DNA of 64,000 nt from Candidatus Entotheonellaceae bacterium (GTDB taxonomy: Bacteria > Tectomicrobia > Entotheonellia > Entotheonellales > Entotheonellaceae): assembly GCA_965238075.1 (NCBI GenBank), contig OZ250173.1, positions 480,001-544,000 of the forward strand, read 5' to 3'. The notes beneath the pieces were generated by a model, which was not told the origin of the DNA, did no database searches, and saw nothing but the letters and a program-made list of their open reading frames with translations. Numbering within the stretch: position 1 is the stretch's first letter; each line of letters starts with the position of its first letter. Both the position numbers and the translations under genes were made by a program. Shown here one piece after another: positions 17,994 through 29,771 of the stretch.

Positions 17994-19619
17994 TCAGCTC
18001 TGTCGCACGATCCGCATCATAACCACGATACAGCCGATCACAATGGACAGATACAGCAATAGCGCGAAGCAATCGCTAAAGGCGTGCAACAGCGCTTCGC
18101 GGCGCACAAACCCGGCCAGCGTGCCGTGCGCATATAGGTCCATGAACTGGCTGCCGAGCCGATCCCACACACCTGCAAAGGCGTTGAGTGCGTGTTGCGT
18201 ACCGATGGCGTCGTAGGTCTGCGTTTCCGCGAAGCGCGCCTGATGAATCGTTTGCCAGCGCTCCAGCATGGTACTAAGCAGGGAAATGCCGAAGGTACCG
18301 CCGAGCACCAGACTGAGGCTGAGCAGACTGGAGGCCATACGCGCCCGGTCCGTCTCCAGCCCGCTGGTGGCCGTGGCGAAGACCGGCGCGTTCAAGAACC
18401 CCAGGCCAATGCTGCGCCAAATGTAGGCCCAGGTGAAATAGCCGAGCGTGACGCGCCCGTCCGCGGTCAACATGAGGTAGCAGAAGACCCCGAACGCCGC
18501 CGCCCCGATCGTCATGGGAATACGCGGGTCGATGCGGTCGACCAGCCAGCCGGCGATCAGCGCACAGATGATCATGGCCGCGGCGCCCGGGGTCAGCGCC
18601 AGAGCCGACTGCTGCACGGAATAATCCAAGCCAAGCTGCATGAACAGCACCGTTAGAAAACTACTGCTGTAGAAGAACACACCGAGGATGAAGGCGGCAC
18701 AGGTGCCGCTGGCGTAGAGCAGGCGGCGGTACAAGCTGAGATCAAGCAGCGGGATGGCGATGCGGCCTTCGATGAAGAGAAACAGGCACGCAGCGACGCC
18801 GCAGATCGCCAGCAGGCTCAGAATGAACGTCGAGTCCCAGCCCTCCTGCTGAACCTGGCTGAGGGCCACCAGCAGGCTCACCAAGGCGGCGCTCAGCGTG
18901 ACGAATCCCCAGCCGTCGAACGGCACTTCATCCTCCCGCGCGGAGGGTCTCACCAGCAGCAAGACACCCAAAACGGCGAGGCTGCCGGGCACCAGGTTCA
19001 GGTAGAAAACCGTGCGCCACTCCACGGCGTCGGCGACGAACCCGGCAATAGGCAGGCCAAACAGGTTGCCCAGCGAGGCCCCGGCTGCCCACAGGGAGGT
19101 GCCCAGACCGCGTTGGCGCGGCGGCGTGACTTCCAACATGAGAGCCAGGGAAATGGGCATCAGCACGGCGGCGCCGACGCCCTGCAGAATGCGCACCAGA
19201 ATGAGGACTTCAATGCTTGGCGCCGCGCCGCACAGGGCGGAGGCGCTGATGAAGATCGTGACGCCGAGCGCGTAGAGGCGCTGGTTGCCCAGCTTCCGGC
19301 CGACCCAGCCGAGGGTCGGCATGGTGACCGCAGTGGCAATCAGGTAGGCGGTCATCACCCAGCGGGCCGTCAGCACGTCCGCCCCCAGGCCGCTCATGAT
19401 GCGCGGCAGGGTGACGTTCACGACGTTAATGTCGAGGATATTGATGAAGGGGCCGAGCATGCAGGACATCATCACGCCCGCGACGACGAGGGGGCTTGGG
19501 GCTGCGGGCGTGGCAACGTCAGCGGATTGTCCGTTGACGGATTCCTGTTGCTTGGCTTGGGGATGCGGAGTGGGTGCGGAGGCCATAGATGCCCTAATTT
19601 TAACCGCTCCGGCCTTCAA
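17994..19619 (-). CDS. DHA2 (EmrB/QacA) MFS efflux transporter
   Basis: ILDINVVNVTLP, WVMTAYL, RILQGVG; ~14 TM segments; start uncertain. Confidence 0.85.
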   Translation of the reverse strand: MKAGAVKIRASMASAPTPHPQAKQQESVNGQSADVATPAAPSPLVVAGVMMSCMLGPFINILDINVVNVTLPRIMSGLGADVLTARWVMTAYLIATAVTMPTLGWVGRKLGNQRLYALGVTIFISASALCGAAPSIEVLILVRILQGVGAAVLMPISLALMLEVTPPRQRGLGTSLWAAGASLGNLFGLPIAGFVADAVEWRTVFYLNLVPGSLAVLGVLLLVRPSAREDEVPFDGWGFVTLSAALVSLLVALSQVQQEGWDSTFILSLLAICGVAACLFLFIEGRIAIPLLDLSLYRRLLYASGTCAAFILGVFFYSSSFLTVLFMQLGLDYSVQQSALALTPGAAAMIICALIAGWLVDRIDPRIPMTIGAAAFGVFCYLMLTADGRVTLGYFTWAYIWRSIGLGFLNAPVFATATSGLETDRARMASSLLSLSLVLGGTFGISLLSTMLERWQTIHQARFAETQTYDAIGTQHALNAFAGVWDRLGSQFMDLYAHGTLAGFVRREALLHAFSDCFALLLYLSIVIGCIVVMMRIVRQS

Positions 19620-19805
19620 TCACAAGGCAGGCTCCGATACGGTCCCCCTGCGCCTGCGCTGAGCGGCAAACCCCACAAGCGTTTATAATTGCCCCACCGT
19701 GTGCAGGTCGAATACGGGCGGGAAAACCTATTGGCCTGGCCCGCGGACGCGTGCACTCGAAATTCCATCATGCCAGCAATACATCTCGCACAAGGAGCGC
19801 AATAC

Positions 19806-20594
19806 GTGGATCTCGAATTGAACGGTAAGGTCGCCCTCATCACCGGCGGCAGCAAGGGCATTGGCAAGGCCATCGCCCTGGAGCTGGCCAAGGAAGGCGT
19901 CGACATCGCCATCGCCGCCCGCTCGCAGGGCCCGTTGGATGAGGCCGCCGAAGAGCTGCGGGCCACCGGCAGGCGGGTCGTGGCCGTCGCTGCCGACATG
20001 ATGAAGTGGGACGACGTGCAGAACATGGTCGACACCACCGTTGCCCAGCTGGGCAGCATCGACATTCTGATCAACAACGCCGCCATGGTGGGCGGGCAGG
20101 TGCGCGGCACCCTTGCCGAGGCTACCGAGAAAGACATGATCGAGGACCTGGACACCAAGGTCGTGGGCTATTTCCGCTGCATGAAGGCGGTGGTGCCGCA
20201 CATGCAACGCCAAGGCTGGGGGCGCATCATCAGCATCGGCGGCGTCTCGGCGCGCCAGTCCACCATTTACGGCCTGCGCAACGCCGCGGTAGTGCACATG
20301 ACCAAAACCTTCTCCGACCAGCTCGGCGGCGACGGCATTACGCTGAACGTCGTGCATCCCGGCTTGACCCTGTCGGAAACCGTCAGCACCATGCTCGACA
20401 AACGCGCCGAAAACCAAGGCGTGTCGCGCGCCGACATCGAGAACGAATCGTCCCAACGGGTGGCCATTCGGCGGCCTATCGATCCACAGGAACTTGCTTA
20501 TCTGGTGGCGTTCCTGGCTTCCCCGAAGGCGCACTGCGTCACCGGCGAAGTGATCGCGGCCGGCGGCGGTGCCATGGGGGCGGTATTTCAATAA
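19806..20594 (+). CDS. Short-chain dehydrogenase/reductase
   Basis: TGGSKGIG, LINNAA, VHPG; GTG start after AGGAG; catalytic motif atypical (YGLRN). Confidence 0.85.
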   Translation: MDLELNGKVALITGGSKGIGKAIALELAKEGVDIAIAARSQGPLDEAAEELRATGRRVVAVAADMMKWDDVQNMVDTTVAQLGSIDILINNAAMVGGQVRGTLAEATEKDMIEDLDTKVVGYFRCMKAVVPHMQRQGWGRIISIGGVSARQSTIYGLRNAAVVHMTKTFSDQLGGDGITLNVVHPGLTLSETVSTMLDKRAENQGVSRADIENESSQRVAIRRPIDPQELAYLVAFLASPKAHCVTGEVIAAGGGAMGAVFQ

Positions 20595-20628
20595 TGGTCA
20601 GGAGCGCGGTGTCAACGGAGGAAGCGGT

Positions 20629-21807
20629 GTGAAGGACGAGACACGGCTAGTGCATGCCGGCAGAGACCCGCAGCGCGACGGCGGCATCGTCAACCCGCCC
20701 GTCAGCCGCGCCTCCACGGTGCTGTACCCGACGCTGGACGCCTTTGCCAGACGCAGCGATGGCGACGCCAAGTACCGCGCCGTGCGCTACGGCGCCTACG
20801 GGGTGGCCAATACCTTTGCCCTGGCCGACGCGGTGGCGGAACTGGAAGGCGGCGTCGGTACGGTGGTCACGTCCACCGGCCTGTCCGCTGTCACCCTCGC
20901 CATCACCGCGCTGGTGGGGCAAGGGGATCACGTCCTTATGACGGATTCCGCCTACGGCCCGACGCGCGCTTTCTGCGACGAGGTGCTGACCCGATTCGGC
21001 GTCGAAACCACCTACTACGACCCGCTCATCGGCGCCGGCATCACTGGACTAGTGCGGCCCAACACCCAGGTCGTGTTCACCGAATCCCCCGGCTCCCTCA
21101 CCTTCGAAGTGCAAGACATTCCCGCCATTGCCGACGCTGCCCACCAGAATGGGGCCCTGGTCCTGCTGGACAACACCTGGTCCGCGGGGCTGTTCTTCAA
21201 GCCCTTCGACCACGGTGTCGATGTCTCCATCCAGGCCGCAACCAAGTACATTTCCGGCCACTCCGACGCCGTCATCGGCGCCATCACCGCCCGCACCGAG
21301 GCGCTGTTTCGCCGCATCAAGGACACCGCCATGGCCTTTGGCGACGTGGCCGCGCCGGACACCAGCTACCTGGCCCTGCGCGGCCTGCGCTCCATGGCCG
21401 CGCGGCTGCGGCAACAGCAGGCGGCTGGCCTACAGATCGCCGAATGGCTGCGCGGCCGGCCCGAGGTGAAGCGCGTCCTCTACCCTGCCCTTCCCGGCGA
21501 CCCCGGACACACTATCTGGAAGCGCGATTTTACCGGCGCGTGCAGCCTGTTCAGCGTGGTGTTACACACCAGCGACGAAGCTGCCGTCGCCCGCATGGTT
21601 GACGCCTACCAATACTTCAAGATCGGCGCCAGTTGGGGCGGCTTCGAAAGCCTCGTCATCCCCGCCTACCCCGCCCAACTGCGCACCGCCGTTCCCTGGA
21701 CGGACCCCGGCTTCGTGCTCCGCTACCACGTCGGTCTGGAAGCTCCTGAGGATTTGATTGCTGATCTGGAGGATGGGTTCGAGCGTCTGTGGCAGGCCCT
21801 GAGCTGA
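20629..21807 (+). CDS. metC: Cystathionine beta-lyase
   Basis: VNPPVSRASTV, ESPGSLTFE, LDNTW, AATKYISGHSD, GASWGGFES, HVGLE. Confidence 0.88.
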   Translation: MKDETRLVHAGRDPQRDGGIVNPPVSRASTVLYPTLDAFARRSDGDAKYRAVRYGAYGVANTFALADAVAELEGGVGTVVTSTGLSAVTLAITALVGQGDHVLMTDSAYGPTRAFCDEVLTRFGVETTYYDPLIGAGITGLVRPNTQVVFTESPGSLTFEVQDIPAIADAAHQNGALVLLDNTWSAGLFFKPFDHGVDVSIQAATKYISGHSDAVIGAITARTEALFRRIKDTAMAFGDVAAPDTSYLALRGLRSMAARLRQQQAAGLQIAEWLRGRPEVKRVLYPALPGDPGHTIWKRDFTGACSLFSVVLHTSDEAAVARMVDAYQYFKIGASWGGFESLVIPAYPAQLRTAVPWTDPGFVLRYHVGLEAPEDLIADLEDGFERLWQALS

Positions 21808-21819
21808 GAATCGGACGCA

Positions 21820-21894
21820 ATGGCGGATAGGCTTCGGCCAGAATACGACTTGTGGATCATGCGGGTGAGAAAAATTGGCTCCGGGCGGTTTTGA
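21820..21894 (+). pseudogene. Possible truncated small antitoxin-like ORF
   Basis: MADRLRPEYDLWIMRVRKIGSGRF*; resembles from memory the 'ELRPEYD..RVRKLG' N-terminus of BrnA/CopG-like antitoxins. Confidence 0.35.
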
Positions 21895-22174
21895 AGGAAC
21901 AGATGAAAGGCTACTTGTTCAGGTTTTCCCTAGCGTTGGGCCGCGATAGTCTTCAATCGGCGCCATCGAGTATGTTGGCGCAGGCTTGGCTTTGTGTCGG
22001 CAATGGTCTCGACTGCCTCGTCAAGACCGTACGGCGTTATCCCCGGATTATGGGGAACCAATTTGTCCAGCAGAGTAAGTATCGACTCGGGGTTTCGCTT
22101 TGCAGATTCAGACAGTTTGCCGTCTTTTTGGGAGATTTCATAAATGAGAGAATGATCCTGAGATACTGGAACTA

Positions 22175-23382
22175 ATGTAGATCCCTATTGAGACCAAGAA
22201 TTTTGGCTATGGACAGGCCCTGTGTGATAGAACCATCTATAAGCGTATCTCTCTCCCCACCGAAAACGGAGGAAACGATGGTTCGACCCGATTTGAACAC
22301 CTGGGGTCACAGCTTGGCTGATTTGCGACGCCTCGCGGTCAACGCCCAGCATCCACGCAGTCGCGAGCGTCTCCTGGCCCTCTACATGATCGCCTCTCAG
22401 CAAACCAATGCGACTACCTGGGCAGCCCACATCGGACATACCAAGGAGACCGTCCTGAGTTGGGTGCATCGTTACAATTTGGCCGGCCTCGCGGGCGTCA
22501 TCTATCGTCACACCGGAGGCCGCCACCCCCTTTTGGCCAAGAGCAACTCGATCAACTCGTCCGCACGGTCGTCGAGACCGACCCGCTCGACCATGGCCTG
22601 CCAGGCCATGCCTGGACCTTGAAAAAGTTGCGACGTTGGCTTGAACAGGTCATCGGCTACGCATGCAGCCGCACGACCTTGCACCGAGTCCTGCGGGCTC
22701 AAAGACTGAGTTGGAAGAAATGCCAAAAAGTGCTCAAGAAGGCCGACCCGCAACGTCGTGCCGCCTTTGTCCAACAATTCCAGGAATTGTTGGCGCGGCT
22801 TTGTCGCCGGGATATCCGCTTGCTCTATATCGATGAAGCCCATCTGCACCGCGATATGGACCTGGGCTACACCTGGGCGCCCGAGGGCAAACCCGCTTGG
22901 CGTCTGAGCGGCTGTGCCTCTTTGGCTGAACGCATCAACTGGTATGGCGCCTACGATTTCTCCTGCGGCCAGTGTTTCATCTGGAACGAGGGCTCCTGTA
23001 ACCAAGCCCATACGATCGAATTCTTACACCACGTTGCCGCTTGGATGGGTGATGAGCCTGGTGAGGTCGTACTCATCTGGGACGGCGCCCCGTGGCACAA
23101 GGCCAAGCGTGTGCAAGCGGCGGCTTCGGAATTGGGCTTCACGTTGGTCGCTCTGCCAAGCTATAGCCCAGACCTGAATCCGATTGAAGGTCTCTGGAAG
23201 TGGATGCGCGAAGAGGTGACGCGCAATTTCTGTCATGCCTCCATGCGCCATCTCTTTGATGCCTGCAAAGCCTTCATCGATCGTATCAATGCCGATCCGC
23301 AACGGTTGGTCTCGCGGTTGTGGCCAAGATTCGAACTCGACCTGGAGTTCGAGAAATTCTTGGTATCAAAGTGAACGCACTT
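22175..23382 (+). mobile_element. IS630-family insertion sequence, 1208 bp
   Basis: TA duplicated at 22173-22174 and 23383-23384 (empty site CTAG); imperfect 29-bp terminal IRs sharing TTGA(G/T)ACCAAGAATTT. Confidence 0.9.
22278..23374 (+). CDS. IS630 transposase in two frames (HTH orfA plus DDE orfB, -1 frame)
   Basis: orfA MVRPDL...; orfB YIDEAH, IWDGAPWH, PSYSPDLNPIEGLW; frame switch around C5T4 at 22526-22534. Confidence 0.85.
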
Positions 23383-26300
23383 TAGATGCGGTAAAATCGT
23401 TTGCACCACATCCGGCAAGAAATCGCCAGAGTCCACCGCTAATCCCGCGAGTTGTTTCGAGGTGTTTTCCGTCCGAAAAGGAGCCTCTTTCGGCCACGCC
23501 TCATCCAGGAAGGGCTTGGCGAAGCGGTTCCACTTCTCACGGTCTCCAAAGAAAACGCCATCTTTGAGGAAAAAGAGGCTTTCGGCGCGCCCTTGGTCGT
23601 TCGTCTGTTGGAGCGCCCGTCGAGCCTCAGCATATGAGATATAGGCCGAATTCTCCTGACACAAGTAACACCCGCACACAAGAACATGGTGAAGTTTTCG
23701 CAGTGCGTCGTCTTCCAGTAGGCATGAGGACACAGAAGGGAACACATTTAAGAAGTGGGGTTTGAGGAGTGAAAACAGGTCCGGTTCCGGTAACGCGCCG
23801 CAGCTGTGAAGAAAGCCGTTCCAGGCAGGTTCCCAATTCTCATGTGCCGAGCCAAACCACGGTACAACCGTACAGCGAACCCAGTCCGGGTCGATCCAGT
23901 TAAGCCGCTGTATGTAACTGGCAACAACGCAGACCGCGTGATCGGAGCCGTCGCCAGGAGCGGTGATCAGGCGTTCGAAGCGTGATTTGATCACGGACGG
24001 AATGCCGGATTCCTTGCCAGGGCTCTGGGAATTCAGCAGTTTGACCAGCAATTTCGCGGCGATGCCAACAGGTGCGTTTATGGCGTGGCTGAGTGTCCGA
24101 CGAGACTGCTCTCCCGAAGTCCAGATGTTACTTGTGGTTGCGTCGGGACCCGCTTCAAAAAGCTTGTCAAGCAGAACGTCCAACATTTCGAGGGCACGGG
24201 GTTGATCTAACTTGGTCAGAGCCGGCAAATGCTTTTCGAGCCATGAGAACACGTCATGCCGTACTTCGAATACTTGACTCGGCGAAAGCCGCGCCAGCCG
24301 CGCTCCAAACAGCCAGACCAGACGAGCCCGCTGACCGTCCGGCCAGCACCGCATGGCCGCGCTCCAAAATTGTTCTGGATAGTTTCCCCTGCGTGCCGCA
24401 TTCGCCAGTGCAGCGACGGCCTTACGGGGCCGCTGCCCGACCAATCCATCGAACGGCCTATAGCTCGTGTGCTCGGAGTGGGATTCTCTCGTAAGCTTAT
24501 TTGCCAAGGGGATAATTTGGTCGAGCGGAGCGTTGATAATCGCGTGGGGATCATCGTCAAATTTCCCACTGAACACCTTCATGTCAAAACTCTTAGCGGC
24601 GTCGACATCCCAATCGTGACACCAATTCGGGTCGGCAGCGCGGAGGTTGGGTAAGATGCCTTTTGTCTCGTCGCTAAGCTCGCAGCCTTGCTGCATGAGC
24701 CAACCTAGCCTTTTGGCAGACTCGATCGAACGGTTTCGCGAGTAATCTTCTTTTGACTCCTTTGCGCCTTGCGCCCGGCCTGCGGCTAGGCGTCGTTCCA
24801 AACGGGTCCGTATATCCGGGGGCAAATCATACCAGCGGGATTTGAGCAGATGAAGCAGTTCCCTACTGTGACGTCGCTCCCAAAATGCTTCGTCTGACAG
24901 CGATAAGAGCCCATCCCCGACCTCCTCTCCCGAAAATAATACTTTCGTCCAAGCCCACAGACTCAACTTATTGAAGAAAAAGGGTTCCTCCCTCGGCCAG
25001 AAGACCGCATCTGCCCGTATGACGTCAGGGCATGCTTCGGCCATGCGGTCGAACAAGTCACGGAACCAGAAGAGATACTTACTCGCATCGTCGGAGTAGG
25101 TCTCTACGGCTCCATCTTCAGAAGGAAATTCAGGATAAAATGTTGAGGTCCGCCAATACTGGGGCTCGGTTTCGATGTCCGCGAGCAGCCCCACTGCCAA
25201 TTCCAGATGTCTGCGGAGAACCTGATAGACAGCCGGTAAAACGTCGTCGGGGATGTCGGGCGGTTCGAGCCTGGTTGTGGGGAATGCAACCTTAAACCGC
25301 GCTATCCGTCCCAGAGGAATTCCAGACCAGTCGACACCCGGCGGTTCGGAGTCAAACCTGGCCGAACTACTATTGATTGCCAGGTGCGGCGCGCTGCTGC
25401 GCTCGAAGGCCCGCAGGATGCCCCTTGTCCAACCCTCTTTCTTGATTCGTTCCCATGTTTTGTACCAGGGCAAATTGCTGTTGTCATCAAAGCCCTTATG
25501 GAATCGTTCGATCAAAAGTCGCCAGAGCGAACGGCACCGGAGAGGGAACACGTCATAATTTTGTGCAATCCATTGTTCGATCAAAGCCAACAGGTCGGGA
25601 TGCAGTGCTTGATATCTCGCGGCCCACCACACCGTGACCGGTTCGTGGGCGACGTTTACGATCCAACGGGCGAGGTGCCGCAGGCGGGGTGGCAGGCGGT
25701 TGGGTCCTCTGGGGTGACGCCAGTATGCCAGTCTTACGAATTCACTAGCCGGGTCGTCCACGGACCGGGATAACAGAGAGTTGATCCGGGGATTCTCTGT
25801 CGCAATGTCGTCATTCGACGGACGAGGCGGATCATCATCCAACCGGTACACAGCCAGGGGATCGTAACCCGGCTGCGATTCATTAAAACTGGGAACAATC
25901 GGCCCGTATCGGAGATGTTCGTCGAACACGCACAGCCATTCGGCAGGCGGAGGGGGCACGGCGTCCGCGAACAGATTCGCGCCGTTGTCGCTTCTGACCA
26001 AGGACGCAACCTGCCCGCGTTCGTGTGTTTTGAGTTTTCTGGGCCCCTTTCGGACGAGCTCCACTATTTTTCGCTTCCACGCCATCGGGTCGTCCGCCCG
26101 CCCTGCCCAGGCGGACAGCGTGTTCCATAAAGCAGCGTGAGTAGTCGTCCCCGCATAAGCGATCGGCTGAACGCCCCTGTCCCGCCAACGCGGCCCGACC
26201 TCTTCATCTGTGCCGCTGTCGAACGCATAGAGCGGCCTGCGAGGCTTACGTCCGTGGGTGTGCAAACCCTGGAGCAGGTATGTGACGGGTGGATCGTTGG

Positions 26301-27096
26301 CAGAGTAACCGAGCAGAACAACGGTGTATCGATCAAGAAGCTCTCGAACGAAGCGGGTTGCCCATCCTTCCGCCAAGTAGGCCCGTCCGAAGTCCGAACT
26401 GCTGACGATAAGCCCTTGCTGCTCATCGCCGGGCTTGATGTTTGGATTGATTCGGCCGTGAAGATAAACGAGTCCTTCTAATGGTTGCCCAGCAGTGAGG
26501 TCGGGCAACGCCGGCGGGATATGGGTTTTCAATCGTCGCTTCGCAGCTTTCTCAAAAAGCCGATCAAAGTTTGTGGTAACAATCTGCGGCTTGCCGTCAG
26601 CATTCCTGGACAGGCGCAGAATGGTTTCATGCTGTGTCAGTCCGGCATTTCGTTTTGTTTTCAGCCTCTTTGCAATCTGATAGTCGATCTGCTCCGCCGT
26701 GTATTCCCGCTGTTGCAACAGGTTGAATATCTGATCAAGCGGTGGACGTGCCTCTTCCGGCAGATCTTCGCGGTCCCACCACGCCAGTAATTTACGCGAC
26801 GCAGCGTCATCGGGTGCACCCAGTTTGTCCACGACGTGCGTCGCCAATTCGAGGAAGGTCGGCATCCCAACGGGATAAGAAACCCCTGCACCACATAGGA
26901 ACACAACGTTCCCCTCATCGCGCATTTCGAGCAGTTCATCGGGAATGGTCGGTCCGTCAGGAAGAAAACGCATGGTCGGGGCCATTACTTATGGAGTTTA
27001 ATCGCGGCTTTCGTGTGTCGAAACGAGGCCGAGAACAGTAGAGTGCTCTTCCTTATTTTGTTGAGGTCCACAAAACGACGCTCCTGTTTCAGATAC

Positions 27097-27843
27097 CTAC
27101 CGACCGCTTCGTCGCGCCGCCTCCACAGCGACATGACCCGCCAGTTCACTCACAAAGTTACGCAAACCCGTCAGTTCACTCAATTCTGAATAATCGCCAG
27201 TATCGACCGCAGATCGCGGGGAAACCATGACCGACGCAGCGGTGTAGAGTTGTTCCTGCACGAGTTTGCGGCACAAAATGCGATAGCGTTCGGCGTACGA
27301 GGCCCCTTCAAACTGCGGGAATACCGGGAAGTGAGGGGATACGTCGCGTACCGGCGAGCGCGATTGCTCGGCATCTTCTAAAAGCATCAGCCAACCCACA
27401 AAAGGCCTGGACTGCTCACCGAAAGCGCCTTCCCGGTAAGCCGTCCAAAGATCGTGTGCGGTACCGATAGCCTCTTCCGTGCGGTTGTTGAAATTGTTCC
27501 CGAATGACGGCCCGATCTGGCTCTTGAACTCCAGCGCGGCGATCAGGCGACCGGCATGGATCACGAGCACATCCCAAAGCTTGGTCGGCCGAAAATAGCC
27601 CGGCAACGTGACCATACGACGTTTTCTGTGAATGTCTGCGTGCTCCAGACCGTTGGCGCGCACGATGTCGATGACGAGATCAATGAACCCGTCCATATTC
27701 TTGCCAGCGGTCACCCCGGCACGCTCGCCCGGGTCGACACGGCCGGACGCGAACTGCTTTTGCCGCGCCCGCTCTCGGTTGCCCCAGAAGTCCTGCACCG
27801 TCTGCCTCGCTTTCGCTTCGTAATCCGAGAGGTCGATGGCCAT
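27097..27843 (-). CDS. Type II restriction endonuclease, PaeR7I/XhoI family
   Basis: [42 protein letters not shown]; start ATG 27843. Confidence 0.85.
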   Translation of the reverse strand: MAIDLSDYEAKARQTVQDFWGNRERARQKQFASGRVDPGERAGVTAGKNMDGFIDLVIDIVRANGLEHADIHRKRRMVTLPGYFRPTKLWDVLVIHAGRLIAALEFKSQIGPSFGNNFNNRTEEAIGTAHDLWTAYREGAFGEQSRPFVGWLMLLEDAEQSRSPVRDVSPHFPVFPQFEGASYAERYRILCRKLVQEQLYTAASVMVSPRSAVDTGDYSELSELTGLRNFVSELAGHVAVEAARRSGR

Positions 27844-27854
27844 GCAGCAGCGTC

Positions 27855-29582
27855 CTATCCCTCGCCGTTTCCACTCAAGACGGCTTGTTCGTCGTTTGAA
27901 AGGCGATAGAGCTTGAAGACGGCATCCCGGCAGGCTGCCGTATCTCCGCGTTTTGCGGCCGCCGTCAACGCGGTCTTGACCTCGTCGGGCACCTCCTGCC
28001 AGCGCGGCAGACGAATACGCCGCAGATACTGTGCCTGAAAACGCAAATAGCCACCCCGCATGCGAGTCGAATAGATCGATACGAACAACCGCGCGATGCC
28101 AGATTGCAGGACCGCTTGCAGCGCTTTCAAGTCCCACGCATCGGACGTGATGAAATAGAGATTGTGGTGCGGGTAGAGACGGCCGTTCTCGTAGACGATA
28201 TGGGCCTCTCCCTTGATATCCGGAATGAGCAGTTTCGGCGTCTTCGCCAGAGCCGGATCCATCCGGTCAATGGTGCGGTACCAGTTAGCGGGAACCTTTT
28301 GGGCGATGTGGCGCTTGGCTAGTTGATCCTGGCGCGCTTCCAGATACCGCCTGAGCCTGGGGTATTGACCCAGGTCGACCAAGCCGCCGGTATCAGCGAA
28401 CGGGTTGACGATGCCAAGACCGCGCCACTTGACGTCACCGCTCAGGATATCGCGGGTCATGGCGAGGGGCAATTTGCGGTCTGGTTCGACATCAAGCTCG
28501 TCATAGGGACCAATAAAGGCCTCGTCCGCGCCGGTCGCGACGCCGATGCCGACCTTGGATCCGGTGTCTTCGAGGAGCGGAAAGTCATGCTCCAGACGAC
28601 GCACCAGGGCCAGTTGATCCGGTGACGCCAGTAGCCACGGTTCCGCGTTCATCGCCACCCCGACCAGTTCTTTCACCGGGCTGTCCGGCGCGGGCGTTTG
28701 GGGCGACAAGAGTTCTTGGGCCAGGACGCGCAGCGCTTTTTCGCTGATCTCCGGTTGCCGCGCCATGCGGGTCTTGCCGGGCTTCTCTCTGCCGATGATG
28801 GTGATGGCGGGATAGGCGACGACGTCCTTGTGGAAAGCCGGTGTATGCACCATGTCCACATAGACTCTCAAACGAAAGCGCTCTGCCACCATGCGGCGCA
28901 GCGGTCTGCCGTAGCGGTTCTTCATCCAGCGGTCAGCGCAGATGAAACCCAGCGCTCCCCCTTCCGAGAGCAAGCTGAGCGAACGCTCGATAAAAGGGAT
29001 ATAGAGGTCGGCCCGGTCAAAGATCGTGGTGTAGCGCAAGCGGTATTCGGCGAGCAGAGCGTCCGGGATGCGTTCCTGCCGAACATATGGGGGATTGCCG
29101 ACGACGTGGTCGAACGCGCCCGGCAGCGGCGCCTGCAGAAAATCCCCGCATAGGAGCCAAGTCTCTGCGAGTTGCGCGGCGGTTATGGGGGTAATTCCTT
29201 CTTGCCTCAGAAGGGCAATGACCTTTAGGGAAGTCGCATCGTACGACGGTTGGTGCAGCTCTATGGCGCGGATGCTGTCTTTGAGGCTATGCCATGCGCC
29301 CTGCCGACCCTCCTGTCGCTTCCATGCACTGAGCAGGCGCTCGACAACAACGAGCAGAAAGTCACCGGCTCCGAAAGACGGTTCCAGGATACGGTGTTGG
29401 TACAGCGCTCTGTCGGGAGTGTAACCCAGCAGGTCGAGGATGAAGTCGACGACCTCGCGCCGGGTGAAGATCGCACCACGTTCTTCGATGCCGGCGGTGC
29501 CGAGACCCTCCAAAGCGTCTTCAATCGGACACATGCCGGGGAAGGACGCTTGACGAAGAATGGGTTGCGCCGGTTCAGCCAT
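27855..29582 (-). CDS. N6-adenine DNA methyltransferase (Eco57I/TaqI-like, M.PaeR7I type)
   Basis: [11 protein letters not shown] (SAM binding), [27 protein letters not shown]. Confidence 0.88.
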   Translation of the reverse strand: MAEPAQPILRQASFPGMCPIEDALEGLGTAGIEERGAIFTRREVVDFILDLLGYTPDRALYQHRILEPSFGAGDFLLVVVERLLSAWKRQEGRQGAWHSLKDSIRAIELHQPSYDATSLKVIALLRQEGITPITAAQLAETWLLCGDFLQAPLPGAFDHVVGNPPYVRQERIPDALLAEYRLRYTTIFDRADLYIPFIERSLSLLSEGGALGFICADRWMKNRYGRPLRRMVAERFRLRVYVDMVHTPAFHKDVVAYPAITIIGREKPGKTRMARQPEISEKALRVLAQELLSPQTPAPDSPVKELVGVAMNAEPWLLASPDQLALVRRLEHDFPLLEDTGSKVGIGVATGADEAFIGPYDELDVEPDRKLPLAMTRDILSGDVKWRGLGIVNPFADTGGLVDLGQYPRLRRYLEARQDQLAKRHIAQKVPANWYRTIDRMDPALAKTPKLLIPDIKGEAHIVYENGRLYPHHNLYFITSDAWDLKALQAVLQSGIARLFVSIYSTRMRGGYLRFQAQYLRRIRLPRWQEVPDEVKTALTAAAKRGDTAACRDAVFKLYRLSNDEQAVLSGNGEG

Positions 29583-29741
29583 GCCAATGTTTTCCGTTCA
29601 ATGCGTTCGTTTCGTAGCCTCCAGGGACCAGACACCAAAGGCCAATCGCCGCTCAGGTCGCGGTGCCTGTACGGCGCACCCGATGCCCCCACCTGTCGCA
29701 ACGGCTCAGACAGGCGGGGGCAACACAGTTGGAGCCTGGAA

Positions 29742-29771
29742 GTCGGATCACGCCTCGTTGATCCGACCTAC
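29742..29771. repeat. GTAG-type REP element, copy 2 (overlaps metY stop)
   Basis: gtcggatcacgcctcgttgatccgacctac. Confidence 0.7.

Larger units (their letters stand above)
21930..26985 (-). pseudogene. SIR2-domain anti-phage protein (DSR1-like) interrupted by IS630
   Basis: N-term GPTIPDELL..GNVVFLCGAGVS, VTTNFD, VYLHGR; removing the IS restores CAT-CTA-GTT (PHL|VPVSQ) and an 80-aa tail ending RWRRLKTIAAQR* at 21930; restored length 1281 aa. Confidence 0.85.

Noticed and set aside
23233-26985. Intact 1250-aa SIR2 protein as given by the ORF track
   Set aside because: The last 49 residues are IS630 antisense sequence; the native C-terminus lies at 21930-22172
27097-29582. Avoidance of CTCGAG as evidence for R-M activity
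   Set aside because: CTCGAG sites occur in the window (e.g. 6285, 38041); depletion cannot be claimed without a genome-wide count
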